Assembly (NCBI GenBank): GCA_963765675.1
Contig: CAVXXK010000007.1
Location: forward strand, 32,001 to 96,000
Direction of reading: 5' to 3'
DNA: 64,000 nucleotides
DNA from: an uncultured delta proteobacterium
GTDB lineage: Bacteria; Desulfobacterota; Binatia; Binatales; Binataceae
Below are positions 19,162 to 28,996 of this stretch, in pieces. The position numbers and the translations under genes were made by a program. Below the pieces are notes generated by a model, which saw only the letters and a program-made list of their open reading frames with translations, was not told the origin of the DNA and did no database searches. Within the stretch, counting starts at the first letter, position 1. Every line of letters starts with the position of its first letter.

Positions 19162-20067
19162 ATGCTCGAAGCGCGCGCATTCGAGCCCGAGTTCCTGAAG
19201 AAGCTTGACCGGCTGGCGCTGGGAATCAAGCGCGCCCGCACGGTCCGAGCGGGCACCCGCACGCTCGGGCGCGTGCAGGGACTTGGCATCGAGCCGGAAA
19301 ATTTCCGCGAGTACGCCGCGGGCGACGACCTGCGCTTTCTCGACTGGAACGCGTACGCGCGGCTCGATCAGCTTTCGATTCGCACCTTTCGCGCCGACCG
19401 CCAGGTCGAGCTGACGATCCTGATCGACGCAAGCGCCTCGATGGGGTTTCCGGCGCGCGACGACAAGCTCGGACTCGCGCTCGCGCTGGGCGCGGCCCTG
19501 GCCTACGTCGGGATGAGCGAAAACGATCCGGTGCGGATGGCGGCTTTCGCGATGCGCGGCGGCGAGATGCGCCTGGACGCGACAGGGTTTTATCGCCGGC
19601 GCGAATCCTACCTCGAGTTCAAGCCGTTCGTCGCCGCGGTCAAATGCGGCGGCGAGACGCGAATCGGCGCCGCGGTCGACGACTTGCTGCATCATCGCAG
19701 GCCCGCCGGAATCGTAATCGTGATTTCCGATTTCCTGGTTAACCAGTCCGACTATGAAGACGGGCTCGCACGCCTGGTGCTCGCGCGCCACGAAGTCAAA
19801 GCCGTGCACGTGATGGGCGAGATCGAATCGACCGGCGAATATCCGCCCGGCCTGGTTCGTGTGCGCGATGCCGAAACCGGGGAGACGCGCGAGACCGTCT
19901 TCGGTCCCGAGACGGCCGCGGCATGCCGGCGGAAGGTCGAAGGCATCTCGGCGCGGGTGCGCGATTTCTGCGCCGGACGCGGGATCACCTACACGAGGGC
20001 ATTCGGCGCGGCGAGCCTGGAAACATTTTTCGAGCACGAACTCGCGGCGCTGGGCGTGGTCAGGTAG
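19162..20067 (+). CDS. DUF58 domain protein
   Basis: FREYAAGDDLRFLDWNAYAR, LIDASASM, VISDFL. Confidence 0.93.
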   Translation: MLEARAFEPEFLKKLDRLALGIKRARTVRAGTRTLGRVQGLGIEPENFREYAAGDDLRFLDWNAYARLDQLSIRTFRADRQVELTILIDASASMGFPARDDKLGLALALGAALAYVGMSENDPVRMAAFAMRGGEMRLDATGFYRRRESYLEFKPFVAAVKCGGETRIGAAVDDLLHHRRPAGIVIVISDFLVNQSDYEDGLARLVLARHEVKAVHVMGEIESTGEYPPGLVRVRDAETGETRETVFGPETAAACRRKVEGISARVRDFCAGRGITYTRAFGAASLETFFEHELAALGVVR

Positions 20068-20069
20068 CC

Positions 20070-21951
20070 ATGGGATTTCTGGTTCCCGCAAATCTTCTCT
20101 GGGCGCTCGCACTGGCGAGTGCTGGTGCTGATCTACCTGCGCTCGCGCTCGCGTCCGACGCTCGAAGTGTCGAGCCTGATGCTGTTCGACGACGCGCCCG
20201 CGCCGGTCGCGAGCGTGCGCCACGTGCGGCTCGATCCCTTGTTCTGGCTCGAAGTCGCGGGACTCACCGCGCTGGTGCTGGCGATTGCCGGACTGTACGC
20301 GATGGTGCCGGTGCGCGCGAGCCGCGGCCGCAGCCATGCGCTGGTGTTCGATTTGGGCGCCGCGATGAGCGCGCGCGAGGACGGGAGCTCGCGGCTGGAT
20401 CTTGCGCGTCAGGCGGCGTTCAAGATTATCGCCGCCGCTCCGGCGGGCGAAGAGTTCAGCGTGATCACTTACGCGCTCGAAACGCAGGTGCCTGCGCCGC
20501 AGACCGGGAATCTTGCGGTGGTGAAGGCGGCGATCAATTCGCTCGCGCCGCTTGCGGTGGCGGCCAAGGCGGCGGCGCTGAGCGCCGCGATTATTCGCGC
20601 CCGCGGCTCTTCGGAGATCGATCTGTTCACTGATCGCAGTCCGCCTGCCGAGGCGATCGGCGGATCGCTCGGCGAAGCCCAGGTGCGGGTGCATCGCATA
20701 GGCAGGGACGACGGCAACCTCGCGATAGCCGCGCTCGATCCCGGGACGCCTGGGTTTGCCAAGGGCCGCGCGCTGGTCCGGAATTTTTCCGCGGCGCCTC
20801 ACTTGATAGAAATCGCGATCGATCTCGACGGAAAGGAAATCGAGCACGACCCGCTGATGCTCGCGCCGCGCGAGCAGGTGCTGGTCCCGTTCGGTCCGCT
20901 GCCATCGGGGGGAATCGTGCGCGCGCGGATTCTCACCCAGGACGCGATCGCCGCCGACAACCAGCGCTGGGCGATCGCGCGCTCGGACGACGCCGCGCGG
21001 GCGATCGTGCTGTCGCCGGATGCGGGTGTGCGCGGCGACCTGGCGCGGGTGCTGCTCGCAATCAATCCAAATTTCCAGGTTGAGACGATTGACCCGGCGA
21101 AGTTCGCGCCCACGCCCGGCGCGTCCTCGAAGCGGTACGACCTGGCCGTGATGCATGACTCTTATGTGCCGGGAATCGGCGCCGAAGCGACGCTGATGGT
21201 CTATCCGCCATTGTCGTCATCTGCGGGCACAGAATTTCCCGGACTGAAAATCGCGGGGACCGCGCGCTCGGCGGCGATGAGTTCCGAGCGCGGGGCCGAA
21301 GCCGCGGGCGATGCCGGCGCGGCGCTCGGCGCGACGCGCGTGATTCAGCTTCCCGAGTGGATGGACGCGCTCGACTACGCGACGTATGGGGCCGCGGGCG
21401 CGATTATCCCGATCGTCGCGGCGGGCGAGATGCCGAGCGGCAGGGTCGGCGTGATCGCCTTTGATGTGCGCGATCATTTTCTGTTCGATCCCGACCGGCT
21501 CGATGCGCTGATCGCGTTCGTCAACGTGACCCGGCGGCTGACCGCGCCGGTTGGCGTCCAGGTGGTGCCGACGGGTGCCTTCGTTACGCTGGCGGTCTCG
21601 GGCGCGGCGCAAGTCACTGAACCAGACGGCTCCAAGGTCGCGCTCAAGCCCGACAAATGGGGCCGCGTGAAGCTGCGTCCGCTCGAAGCGGGGCGCTACG
21701 TGATCGAGTCCGCGGGCACGCAGACGACCGTGCTGGCGAATTATTACGATGCGGCGGAATCTGATCTGACCGTGCGTGAAGCTGCTTCGGAGCCGGCCGT
21801 GACGGCTGAGCATGCCGAGACCGCGCCGGCAGCACCCAAGCAGGTTCTGCCGCTGGCGTTTATTTTGATTGCGCTCGCGATGGGCGCGTTCGTTCTCGAG
21901 TCGATTCTCCTGGTGCGGCACGCCGCGCGATGGAGGATGACGCATGTTTGA
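20070..21951 (+). CDS. BatA-domain/vWA membrane protein, frameshifted near 20118
   Basis: ATG 20070 gives MGFLVPANLLWALALA; the +1 frame continues VLVLIYLRSR..VSSLMLF (BatA motif); vWA VFDLGAAM..SRLDLAR, IAADN, C-terminal TM. Confidence 0.8.
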
Positions 21952-24529
21952 TCGGCCTGCGATGCTGTGGCTCTTCCTGCTCGCTCCGCTGATCGCATAT
22001 CCGGCGATCGTCGTGATTCGCCGTGGGGCGATTGCGGCGGGGGCCGCATCGGCGGCGCTTCGGCTTGGCTGCCTTGCCGTGCTGGTCGCGATGCTCGCGG
22101 GGTTGCGTGTCACCACGACGATTCCGGCCCGCGGGATCGAGGTGGTCGCGCTGCTGGACGAGTCGCGCTCGATCGCGCCCGATCAGTTCGCGTGGATGCG
22201 CTCGCGGGTTGGCGAAGTGGCGCGCGCGATGGAGTCTCGCGATAGGATCGGCGTGATTGGCTTTGGCCGCGACGCGCGGCTGGGCGCGGCGCTTTCGGAC
22301 CCGCGCCTGCTCGGCGATTTTCATATGAAGCCAGATCGCGGAGCCACGGATATTGCCGCCGCGCTCACCGCCGCGCAAAGCCTGTTCTCGGCCGACGCCG
22401 ACAGGAGAATCCTTTTGTTGAGCGACGGCAACCAGACGCGTGGGTCCGCCGCCGCCGAGATTCCCGCGCTGGTCGACGACGAGACGCGGGTCTATACAGC
22501 GGCGCCCCCCGCACCCGCGGTCGCGCGCGTTGCGCTCACGAGCTTTCATGCACCGGAGAATGTGCGGGCTGAGCAGCAATTTAGCTTCGATATCGCGATC
22601 GAAAGCGAATCCGCCGATCCGGTTGACGCCCAGGTGCGCCTGTTGCGTGACGGTGATCCGGTCGGCGGCCAGCACGTGACTTTGCATCAGGGGATGAACC
22701 GATTCGAGCTTCCGTACCGGATGGAACACGCGGGCGCCTACCTGATGAGCGCGGATCTGACCGTGCCGCCGGCGCTCGACGCGATAGGTCCGCGCGCGGA
22801 GACCGCGCTTTCCGTGGCTGGCGCGCCGCGCGTCCTGATCGTGTCGGAAAGCAGGCCCGAGAGCCTGCTCGATGCGCTCCGGGTGCGGAACTACCAGGTC
22901 GAGATGATTGCTCCGCGCGCTCTCTCGGCCAAGGCCGAAGACTATTTGCCCTATCAGCTTGTGATAATTGACGACGCTCCCGCGGTCGCGCTTCCCGGGC
23001 CGGTGCAGCACGCGCTCAACCGCTACGTCGCGGAGCTTGGGGGGGGCCTGGTCGTGACCGGAGAGGCGCTGCGCGACGCCAACTACAAGGGCGGAGATTT
23101 GGAAAAGACCCTGCCGGTCAGCTTCGAGCAGCAGCCGCCGCCGCCGTCGCGCGAGCCGATCGCGGTCTATCTGTGCATCGACCGCTCGAACTCGATGAGC
23201 TACGACTCGCGCTATCCGGCGGTGCGCGACGGCGAGCGAATCCGTTACGCCAAGCAGGCGGCAATCGCGCTGTTGCGCCAGCTCGACGATACCGATTACG
23301 CCGGTGTGATCGCGTTCGATTCGCAGCCCTACGTGCTGGGTCATCTGCAGGCGCTCGGGGAAGATCGCGGCGACCTGGAAGCGCGGATCGAGCGCTTGCA
23401 GCCGGGCGGAGGAACCGACTTCAAGGACGCGCTCGAAATCGCGCAGCGCGAGATTCTGGACAGCGGAATACCGGTGCGCCAGGTAATCCTGCTGACCGAC
23501 GGCGACACCAACCGGCAGTATCACGATCACGACGCGCTGATCGCACAGTTCGCAAAGGATCATATCCCGGTCTCGACCATCAGGATCGGCCCCGACCTCG
23601 AGAACCTGCGCCTGCTGCAGGATTTCGCGCAGGCGACCGGCGGCGTCTTTTATCGCGTGCAGGATATCGAAAAGCTGCCGCTGCTGCTGGTCGGGCTGAC
23701 GCGCCAGGCGATGAACCGGCGCGCGCAGGACCGGACCTCGGTCGAAGAAGGCGCGCCGAGCGCGATCCTTTCGGGAATCGCGGCCAAGGACATCCCGCCG
23801 ATCGATTTCTACGCCTCGACCAAGGCGAAGGACGGCTCGATTGTTGCGCTGAGTGTCAAGCGCGCGGAACAAGGCTCGCCGCTGCTCGCGGCATGGCAAT
23901 ACGGCCTCGGGCGCGCGGCAATCTTCGCGGCCGATCCCGACTCGCTCGCGACGCTTAGCTGGATCAGGTGGAATCACTACGCGCAATTCTGGTCGCAGCT
24001 CGTGGGATGGGCGATGCGCGAGGGTGCGCCCGGGATGTTCGCGATTCGGATGCGCACCGCGCCCGACGGCGCGGTCACGGTCGAAGCTGAAAAGGCCGAC
24101 ACCAGATTCGCGCCCAACCTCGTGTGCCGAATCACGGGCCCCGGCCATGCGCTCGACGTGCCGATGACGCAGACGGCGCCGTCGCTCTATAGCGGCGAGA
24201 TCGGCCCGTTGCCGCGCGGAAAATATGTCGCGACCCTGATGGTGAAGGCGGGCGATATCGAGCAGGCGCTGACCCGGCGCGAGTTCGCTTCGGCCGGCGC
24301 GATTCCCGCCGACGCGGCTGAGCTTCGGCTGCGGCCGCCGGACCTCGATCTGCTGCGGCGGCTTGCACGTGCGACCGGCGGCGAATTCGAGCCGCAGTGG
24401 TCGTCGCTCGGGCGGCATCGCGGACGCACGATCACGATGCGCCAGAACGCCGACTCGATTCTGCTGCCGCTTGCAATCGCGCTCTTTCTGGGCGAGGTTT
24501 TCGTGCGCCGCCGCTTTCTGGGCGACTGA
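21944..24529 (+). CDS. Membrane protein with two vWA domains and a GATase-like domain
   Basis: LLDESRS..TDI..LSDG; IDRSNSM..GGGTD..LTDG; WQYGLGR; C-terminal TM ending EVFVRR. Confidence 0.9.
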   Translation: MFDRPAMLWLFLLAPLIAYPAIVVIRRGAIAAGAASAALRLGCLAVLVAMLAGLRVTTTIPARGIEVVALLDESRSIAPDQFAWMRSRVGEVARAMESRDRIGVIGFGRDARLGAALSDPRLLGDFHMKPDRGATDIAAALTAAQSLFSADADRRILLLSDGNQTRGSAAAEIPALVDDETRVYTAAPPAPAVARVALTSFHAPENVRAEQQFSFDIAIESESADPVDAQVRLLRDGDPVGGQHVTLHQGMNRFELPYRMEHAGAYLMSADLTVPPALDAIGPRAETALSVAGAPRVLIVSESRPESLLDALRVRNYQVEMIAPRALSAKAEDYLPYQLVIIDDAPAVALPGPVQHALNRYVAELGGGLVVTGEALRDANYKGGDLEKTLPVSFEQQPPPPSREPIAVYLCIDRSNSMSYDSRYPAVRDGERIRYAKQAAIALLRQLDDTDYAGVIAFDSQPYVLGHLQALGEDRGDLEARIERLQPGGGTDFKDALEIAQREILDSGIPVRQVILLTDGDTNRQYHDHDALIAQFAKDHIPVSTIRIGPDLENLRLLQDFAQATGGVFYRVQDIEKLPLLLVGLTRQAMNRRAQDRTSVEEGAPSAILSGIAAKDIPPIDFYASTKAKDGSIVALSVKRAEQGSPLLAAWQYGLGRAAIFAADPDSLATLSWIRWNHYAQFWSQLVGWAMREGAPGMFAIRMRTAPDGAVTVEAEKADTRFAPNLVCRITGPGHALDVPMTQTAPSLYSGEIGPLPRGKYVATLMVKAGDIEQALTRREFASAGAIPADAAELRLRPPDLDLLRRLARATGGEFEPQWSSLGRHRGRTITMRQNADSILLPLAIALFLGEVFVRRRFLGD

Positions 24530-24589
24530 GCGACGATCGAGTGCTGAGCGAAAGCGCGCCTAGGAAATCCTAACGGATCTCGTCGCGCC

Positions 24590-24595
24590 TATAAT
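24590..24595 (+). promoter_or_regulatory. Consensus -10 box upstream of restriction endonuclease gene
   Basis: TATAAT about 40 nt before the GTG start with SD AGGAG; no clear -35. Confidence 0.4.
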
Positions 24596-25859
24596 GATTC
24601 GTAGTGCGTGCTCGTAACTTGCAGGAGAAGAAGTGACGCGAAGTGATTTACCATTTGGGAGCGAGTTTTCCCCCTCTCAGATTAGCCTTTCGAAGCTGTT
24701 GGAGCTTGCCGCGGAGCATCAAGGCGATTGGCGGCTTCTTGAGGATTCCATCCGGAACGAATATTTCGAGACCCACCAAACGACCGAACGCAACAGGAGA
24801 AAACTAGCCAACAACTGCAAGCTCGGAATGATTGCGTACGGCTTAATCGATCGGACCGGGATGCTCACGACGTTAGGTCAGACGCTCTACGAACTCCGCG
24901 GAGATCCCGAGCAGCTCTATTCCGAATTCGCGCGCCACATCCTGCTCCACCTCTATGGTTTGACATTGATCCAGAGCGTACGAGACTTGGAGGCTGCTGG
25001 AGAAGCGGTTGATCTTGTGAAACTCCGCAGAGCTCTAGCCGATCTCGGCGTACATTTTCCCTCCGGTGGAAAGCATCCGAGCATCATGCGGCTATGGCTT
25101 GAAAAGGCGCGGGTTTTTTCGAGCGTCTGGAATGTGAACGATGCGCGAGTGAGTGATCTTCTCGGACGCGGGCTTTCAGAAATTGAAGCGCTGGGCAGCC
25201 TCTCAGGGCTGCAGCAATCGTTTTTGAAGGCGGTCGCGAACCTGGGCACGGGCCAGCATTCCTCCAATGACGTCGCGACGCTCGCTGCGTCAACATATGG
25301 CGTGTCCTTCAATGAAAAGAGCCTCGCCAAGGACGTGCTGTATCCGCTTGAGAGTGCAGGATACATCGCTCTGATTCGCGGCACTAAGGGACGTGGTGCA
25401 AAGCCCTTCACAGTCTCTCCGACTCCCAAGCTCGTGAAAAAAGTCCTGGTTCCAATTATAGAGCAGCAGGAACGTCAGACACGGAGGGAGCTACGTCCAT
25501 TGCTGCGTCGTCCTCTGCGTGAAATCCTCGACAGCCTTAAGGCGCGTGATCGACATGTTCGCGGTCTTGGGCTGGAAGCGCTGGCTTTCAAACTGATGCG
25601 TTTAATCGATCTGACCTACGTTGCCACGCGGTTGCGCGGTAACACGACCGGAGGAGCTGAGGTTGACTTGATTTTTGAAAGTGCACGGCTTGTATTCTCA
25701 CGCTGGCAGGTCCTATGCAAAAATACTCGGCGAGTCGCGCTCGACGACGTGGCGAAAGAGGTCGGCCTGACTCATTTCCTGAAGAGCAATGTGGTCGTTA
25801 TCGTGACTGCGGGAGAGATTGGCTCGGAAGCGAGACGATACTCCGATCGAGTAATGAAG

Positions 25860-27186
25860 TGACCTGCTCCCCGAAAACTCGACCAGTGATAAAGAGAGGG
25901 TCGAGGCAGTAGGAGGGCGAGATGCGAAGCAATCGGTACAGCGAAGAACAGATCATCGGGATCCTGAAGGAAGTAAGCGCGGGGCGCAGCGTGCGCGAGG
26001 TGATCCGGGAATACGGGATCGCGGAGGCGACGTTTTACCGGTGGCGGGAGCGCTACGCGGGGCTGGAGGTGCGCGAGGCGCGGCGGATGGGGCAGCTGGA
26101 GCAGGAGAACCGGCGGCTCAAGCAGATGGTGGCGGAGCTGAGTCTGGACAAGGAAGTGCTCAAAGCGGTGATCGCAAAAAACGGCTTGCGCCGGTAGCCC
26201 GGCGCGCCGCGGTAAGCGAAGCGATGCAGCAGTTCTCGATCAGCCAGCGGCGCGCGTGCCGCTTGATCCCGATCGCGCGTTCCAGTGCGCGCTACCAGGC
26301 GCGGGTTGAGCGCGACGACGGCGACTTGGGCCGCAAGCTGGAAGCACTCGCGCAGCGTCATCCGCGCTACGGCTATCGGCGGCTGTGGGCGGAGCTGCGG
26401 AGTGCAGGATACGTGGTCAATCACAAGCGCGTGTATCGGCTCTATCGGCACTCGCATCTGACCCTGCGGCGCAAGGCCGGGCGCCGGCTGACCCATCGGG
26501 GCGCCGCGCTGGCGCAACTGACGCAGCCCAACGAGCAATGGGCGCTGGACTTTGTGCACGACCGGATCGGTGAAGGGCGTGCGATCCGGGTCCTGACCAT
26601 CATCGATGAGTTCACCCGCGAATGCCTGGCCACCGAGGTCGATACCGGCATCAGCGCGCGGCAAGTTGCACGGACCCTGGAACGCATCCTGGAGAGTCGG
26701 CCGGTTCCGCGCTCGCTGCGCTGCGACAATGGCCCCGAGTTCCGCAGCCGCTACTTTCACGCCTGGTGTAAAAGCCATCGCATCGCATTGGAGTACATCG
26801 CGCCGGGACGCCCGACCCAGAATGGCTACATCGAAAGCTTCAACGGCAAGCTGCGCGACGAATGCCTCAACCTCAACTGCTTGCGCAATCTTAACGACGC
26901 GCGCGAACGCAACGGACGCTGGCGCGAGCACTACAACTCGAGCCGTCCGCACTCCGCGCTCGGCTACCTGGCTCCGGAGCACTTCGCGCTAAAGTGGAGC
27001 GCGGCGCTCACGCGCACTGCCGCGCCAGCGGAGCTGGCACTGGCAGTGCAACGCGCAGCGCCGCGGACCAAGAATCTGCATTTTTCCGCCTCGCCCGTTC
27101 AGTCAGTGAAGGGCGAGGTCGAAAAAATGCCTATAACCAACTCCCACCCTCTCATTCCGGGTGGACCACAACTTGGGGGCAGGTCA
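25860..27186 (+). mobile_element. IS3-family insertion sequence (IS407-like)
   Basis: Ends TGACCTGCTCCCC.../...GGGGGCAGGTCA; imperfect 4-bp flanks GAAG/GCAG; orfA plus orfB with DDE motifs. Confidence 0.95.
25922..26197 (+). CDS. IS3 transposase OrfA
   Basis: RYSEEQIIGILKE, ATFYRWR, LEQENRRLKQMVAEL; slippery AAAAAAC at 26176-26182. Confidence 0.93.
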   Translation: MRSNRYSEEQIIGILKEVSAGRSVREVIREYGIAEATFYRWRERYAGLEVREARRMGQLEQENRRLKQMVAELSLDKEVLKAVIAKNGLRR

Positions 27187-27363
27187 GCAGGACTCCGACA
27201 TTCGCATCATAATGATCGATGGATCCGATCTCGAAGCGATTACGGAGCAAGGCGCTCCCATCGCAAGCCTGCTCGACCGAGAAGCCGAGAATACGATGAG
27301 ACTCAAGGCACTTCATCGGTAAGTCCAGCAGCAGGTCAAATGGCAACCCACTCCGTGGCGTAA
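26176..27363 (+). CDS. IS3 transposase OrfB (-1 frame, DDE integrase core); frame stays open past the right IR
   Basis: SQRRAC, RYGYRR, NHKRVYRLY, WALDF, IIDEFTRE, DNGPEF, PTQNGYIESFNGKLRDE. Confidence 0.9.
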   Translation, partial: KKRLAPVARRAAVSEAMQQFSISQRRACRLIPIARSSARYQARVERDDGDLGRKLEALAQRHPRYGYRRLWAELRSAGYVVNHKRVYRLYRHSHLTLRRKAGRRLTHRGAALAQLTQPNEQWALDFVHDRIGEGRAIRVLTIIDEFTRECLATEVDTGISARQVARTLERILESRPVPRSLRCDNGPEFRSRYFHAWCKSHRIALEYIAPGRPTQNGYIESFNGKLRDECLNLNCLRNLNDARERNGRWREHYNSSRPHSALGYLAPEHFALKWSAALTRTAAPAELALAVQRAAPRTKNLHFSASPVQSVKGEVEKMPITNSHPLIPGGPQLGGRSAGLRHSHHNDRWIRSRSDYGARRSHRKPARPRSREYDETQGTSSVSPAAGQMATHSVA

Positions 27364-27405
27364 AGCCGGCGATAGCGAGATATAGCAGACCCATGACCCA
27401 TCGAA

Positions 27406-28302
27406 TTGGATGGCCTCTTGAGTATTGAATCGCACACGCTCTCTCTTGTGCGCAGCCCATGGACCGCGGTGCTTGACAGGCTCCTCTCCGTTGCGGACCG
27501 GGACCTGCTAATCGCTTGCCCGTTTGTGACGCGTTCCGGCACTGAGAGGATCCTTAGGCACGCTGATCTGCGCGATCCTCGCCCATCGATGCGCATTGAG
27601 CTTATTACTGACCTGAGACCCGAAAGCGTTCTCGCGGGTTCCATGGACCTCGACGCTTTAGCGGGTTTAGGTCGAAGGATGCCCGGCTTCGAGCTGACGC
27701 ACTTACCGAGCGTTCACGCGAAGGTCTACGTGGCGGATTGCAAGATGGCTATCGTGACATCGGGGAATCTCACGCAGCCAGGTCTCAGGGGAAACGTCGA
27801 ATATGGCGTTGCTTTGACGGACGAGGCAGTTGTCCAAGAGGTGAGAGCAGACTTCGAGGGCTATGCATCGCTCGGCGCAAAGATTTCGATCGACGACGTG
27901 TTGGCGCTCGCAGCGGAGACGGAAGAACTCAAGGTGCTCTTCCAGCGCGCAGAGAGCTCCATGCGCATCCGCGCGCGGCATGCGTTTGATAAAAGATTGA
28001 AATCGACTCATCTTCGACTGCTACGTCACAGGGCGAAAGGAAAAACGACGCACGCTATCTTCGCAGATACGATACGGTTCCTACTCGCGAAAAGCCCCTT
28101 AGAGACAGAGGAGATTCACCCGCTGATTCGATTGCTGCACCCAGATCTCTGCGATGATTCCATAGACCGGGTCATTGAGGGCGTGCACTTCGGAAAGAAG
28201 TGGAAGCATCACGTTCGGAACGCGCAGCAGTATCTGAAACGGCACGGAGAGATCCGCTTTGACGGTGCACGGTGGCAGCTTGTCGACCGATCTGAACTAT
28301 AA
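27406..28302 (+). CDS. Phospholipase D-like nuclease domain protein with C-terminal wHTH/Mrr-N-like domain
   Basis: IACPFV, single HxK motif VHAKVYVAD, TSGNLT, NVEYG; C-terminal KWKHHVRNAQQYLK. Confidence 0.85.
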   Translation: MDGLLSIESHTLSLVRSPWTAVLDRLLSVADRDLLIACPFVTRSGTERILRHADLRDPRPSMRIELITDLRPESVLAGSMDLDALAGLGRRMPGFELTHLPSVHAKVYVADCKMAIVTSGNLTQPGLRGNVEYGVALTDEAVVQEVRADFEGYASLGAKISIDDVLALAAETEELKVLFQRAESSMRIRARHAFDKRLKSTHLRLLRHRAKGKTTHAIFADTIRFLLAKSPLETEEIHPLIRLLHPDLCDDSIDRVIEGVHFGKKWKHHVRNAQQYLKRHGEIRFDGARWQLVDRSEL

Positions 28303-28360
28303 AATGCGGATCGAAGCGCTAGACCGAGTTAACGAAACCGCCGCTCTTGGAAGAAGAGTA

Positions 28361-28927
28361 ATGAAGAAACCAATCCAAATCGGCAAGTCTTATGCGATAG
28401 CCGCGATCGTTGCGGCGATCTTCTGCACGATGGTGTTTGCGGCGAGTGCGCACGCGGCGGCGTCGGCGCGGGATATCGCGGCGCTCAAGAAAGCCAAGCT
28501 CATCTATATCGCGACGGTCCGTAAAGACGGCAATCAGAGCCGTGCGGTCCCGGTCTGGTTCGTGGTCGATAAGGACAACCGCGTGCTGATTCAGACTGGT
28601 CCGCAAAGCTGGAAGGCCAAGCGTATTCGGCGCGGCAGCCCGGCATTGATCTGGATTGGAAACAGCGCCGGCCCCGCATTTATCGGCACGGCGGAAATCA
28701 CGACCGAGGCCGCGGTGACTTCGCAAATAGAAAGCGATATTCCGCGCAAGTACCTGCTCGCGCGGGTGGGGTTCTCACGCCCGACACAGGCGAAGTTTGA
28801 CGCCGGGACAATCTGCGCGATCCGGATCACGCCTGCGCGCGATCTGCCCGACGGCTTCGAATCCAAGCCGGGAACCCCTGCGCCCACGGTCGCCGCGGCG
28901 CCGATGGCGTCAACCAAAGCGCAATAG
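28361..28927 (+). CDS. Pyridoxamine 5'-phosphate oxidase-like (split barrel) protein with signal peptide
   Basis: IATVRKDG..AVPVWF, SWKAKRIRR; N-terminal hydrophobic stretch ending AHA. Confidence 0.75.
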   Translation: MKKPIQIGKSYAIAAIVAAIFCTMVFAASAHAAASARDIAALKKAKLIYIATVRKDGNQSRAVPVWFVVDKDNRVLIQTGPQSWKAKRIRRGSPALIWIGNSAGPAFIGTAEITTEAAVTSQIESDIPRKYLLARVGFSRPTQAKFDAGTICAIRITPARDLPDGFESKPGTPAPTVAAAPMASTKAQ

Positions 28928-28996
28928 AATCGTGGATGACGAGGGTCGGGAAATTTTTCTCTGGAATCATCACGGCGCGGGAGTAAAATAATTTTT

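Larger units (their letters stand above)
24633..27322 (+). pseudogene. Mrr-type restriction endonuclease gene interrupted by an IS (24633-25859 plus about 27191-27322)
   Basis: wHTH-like N-part, GGAEVDLIFE..WQVLCKN nuclease motif; ORF stops at the IS TGA; after the IS the frame resumes DSDIRIIMIDGSDLEAI..REAENTMRLKALHR*. Confidence 0.82.

Noticed and set aside
19156-24418. Long minus-strand ORFs (666 aa and 852 aa)
   Set aside because: Antisense shadows of real GC-rich genes with no motifs.
26990-27363. IS OrfB reading through the right inverted repeat as a possible fusion protein
   Set aside because: Transposase frames that run into or through the IR are common in this IS group, and the extension is out of frame with the nuclease remnant.
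28850-28870. TTCGAATCC resembling a tRNA T-loop
   Set aside because: It lies inside a CDS and has no cloverleaf context.
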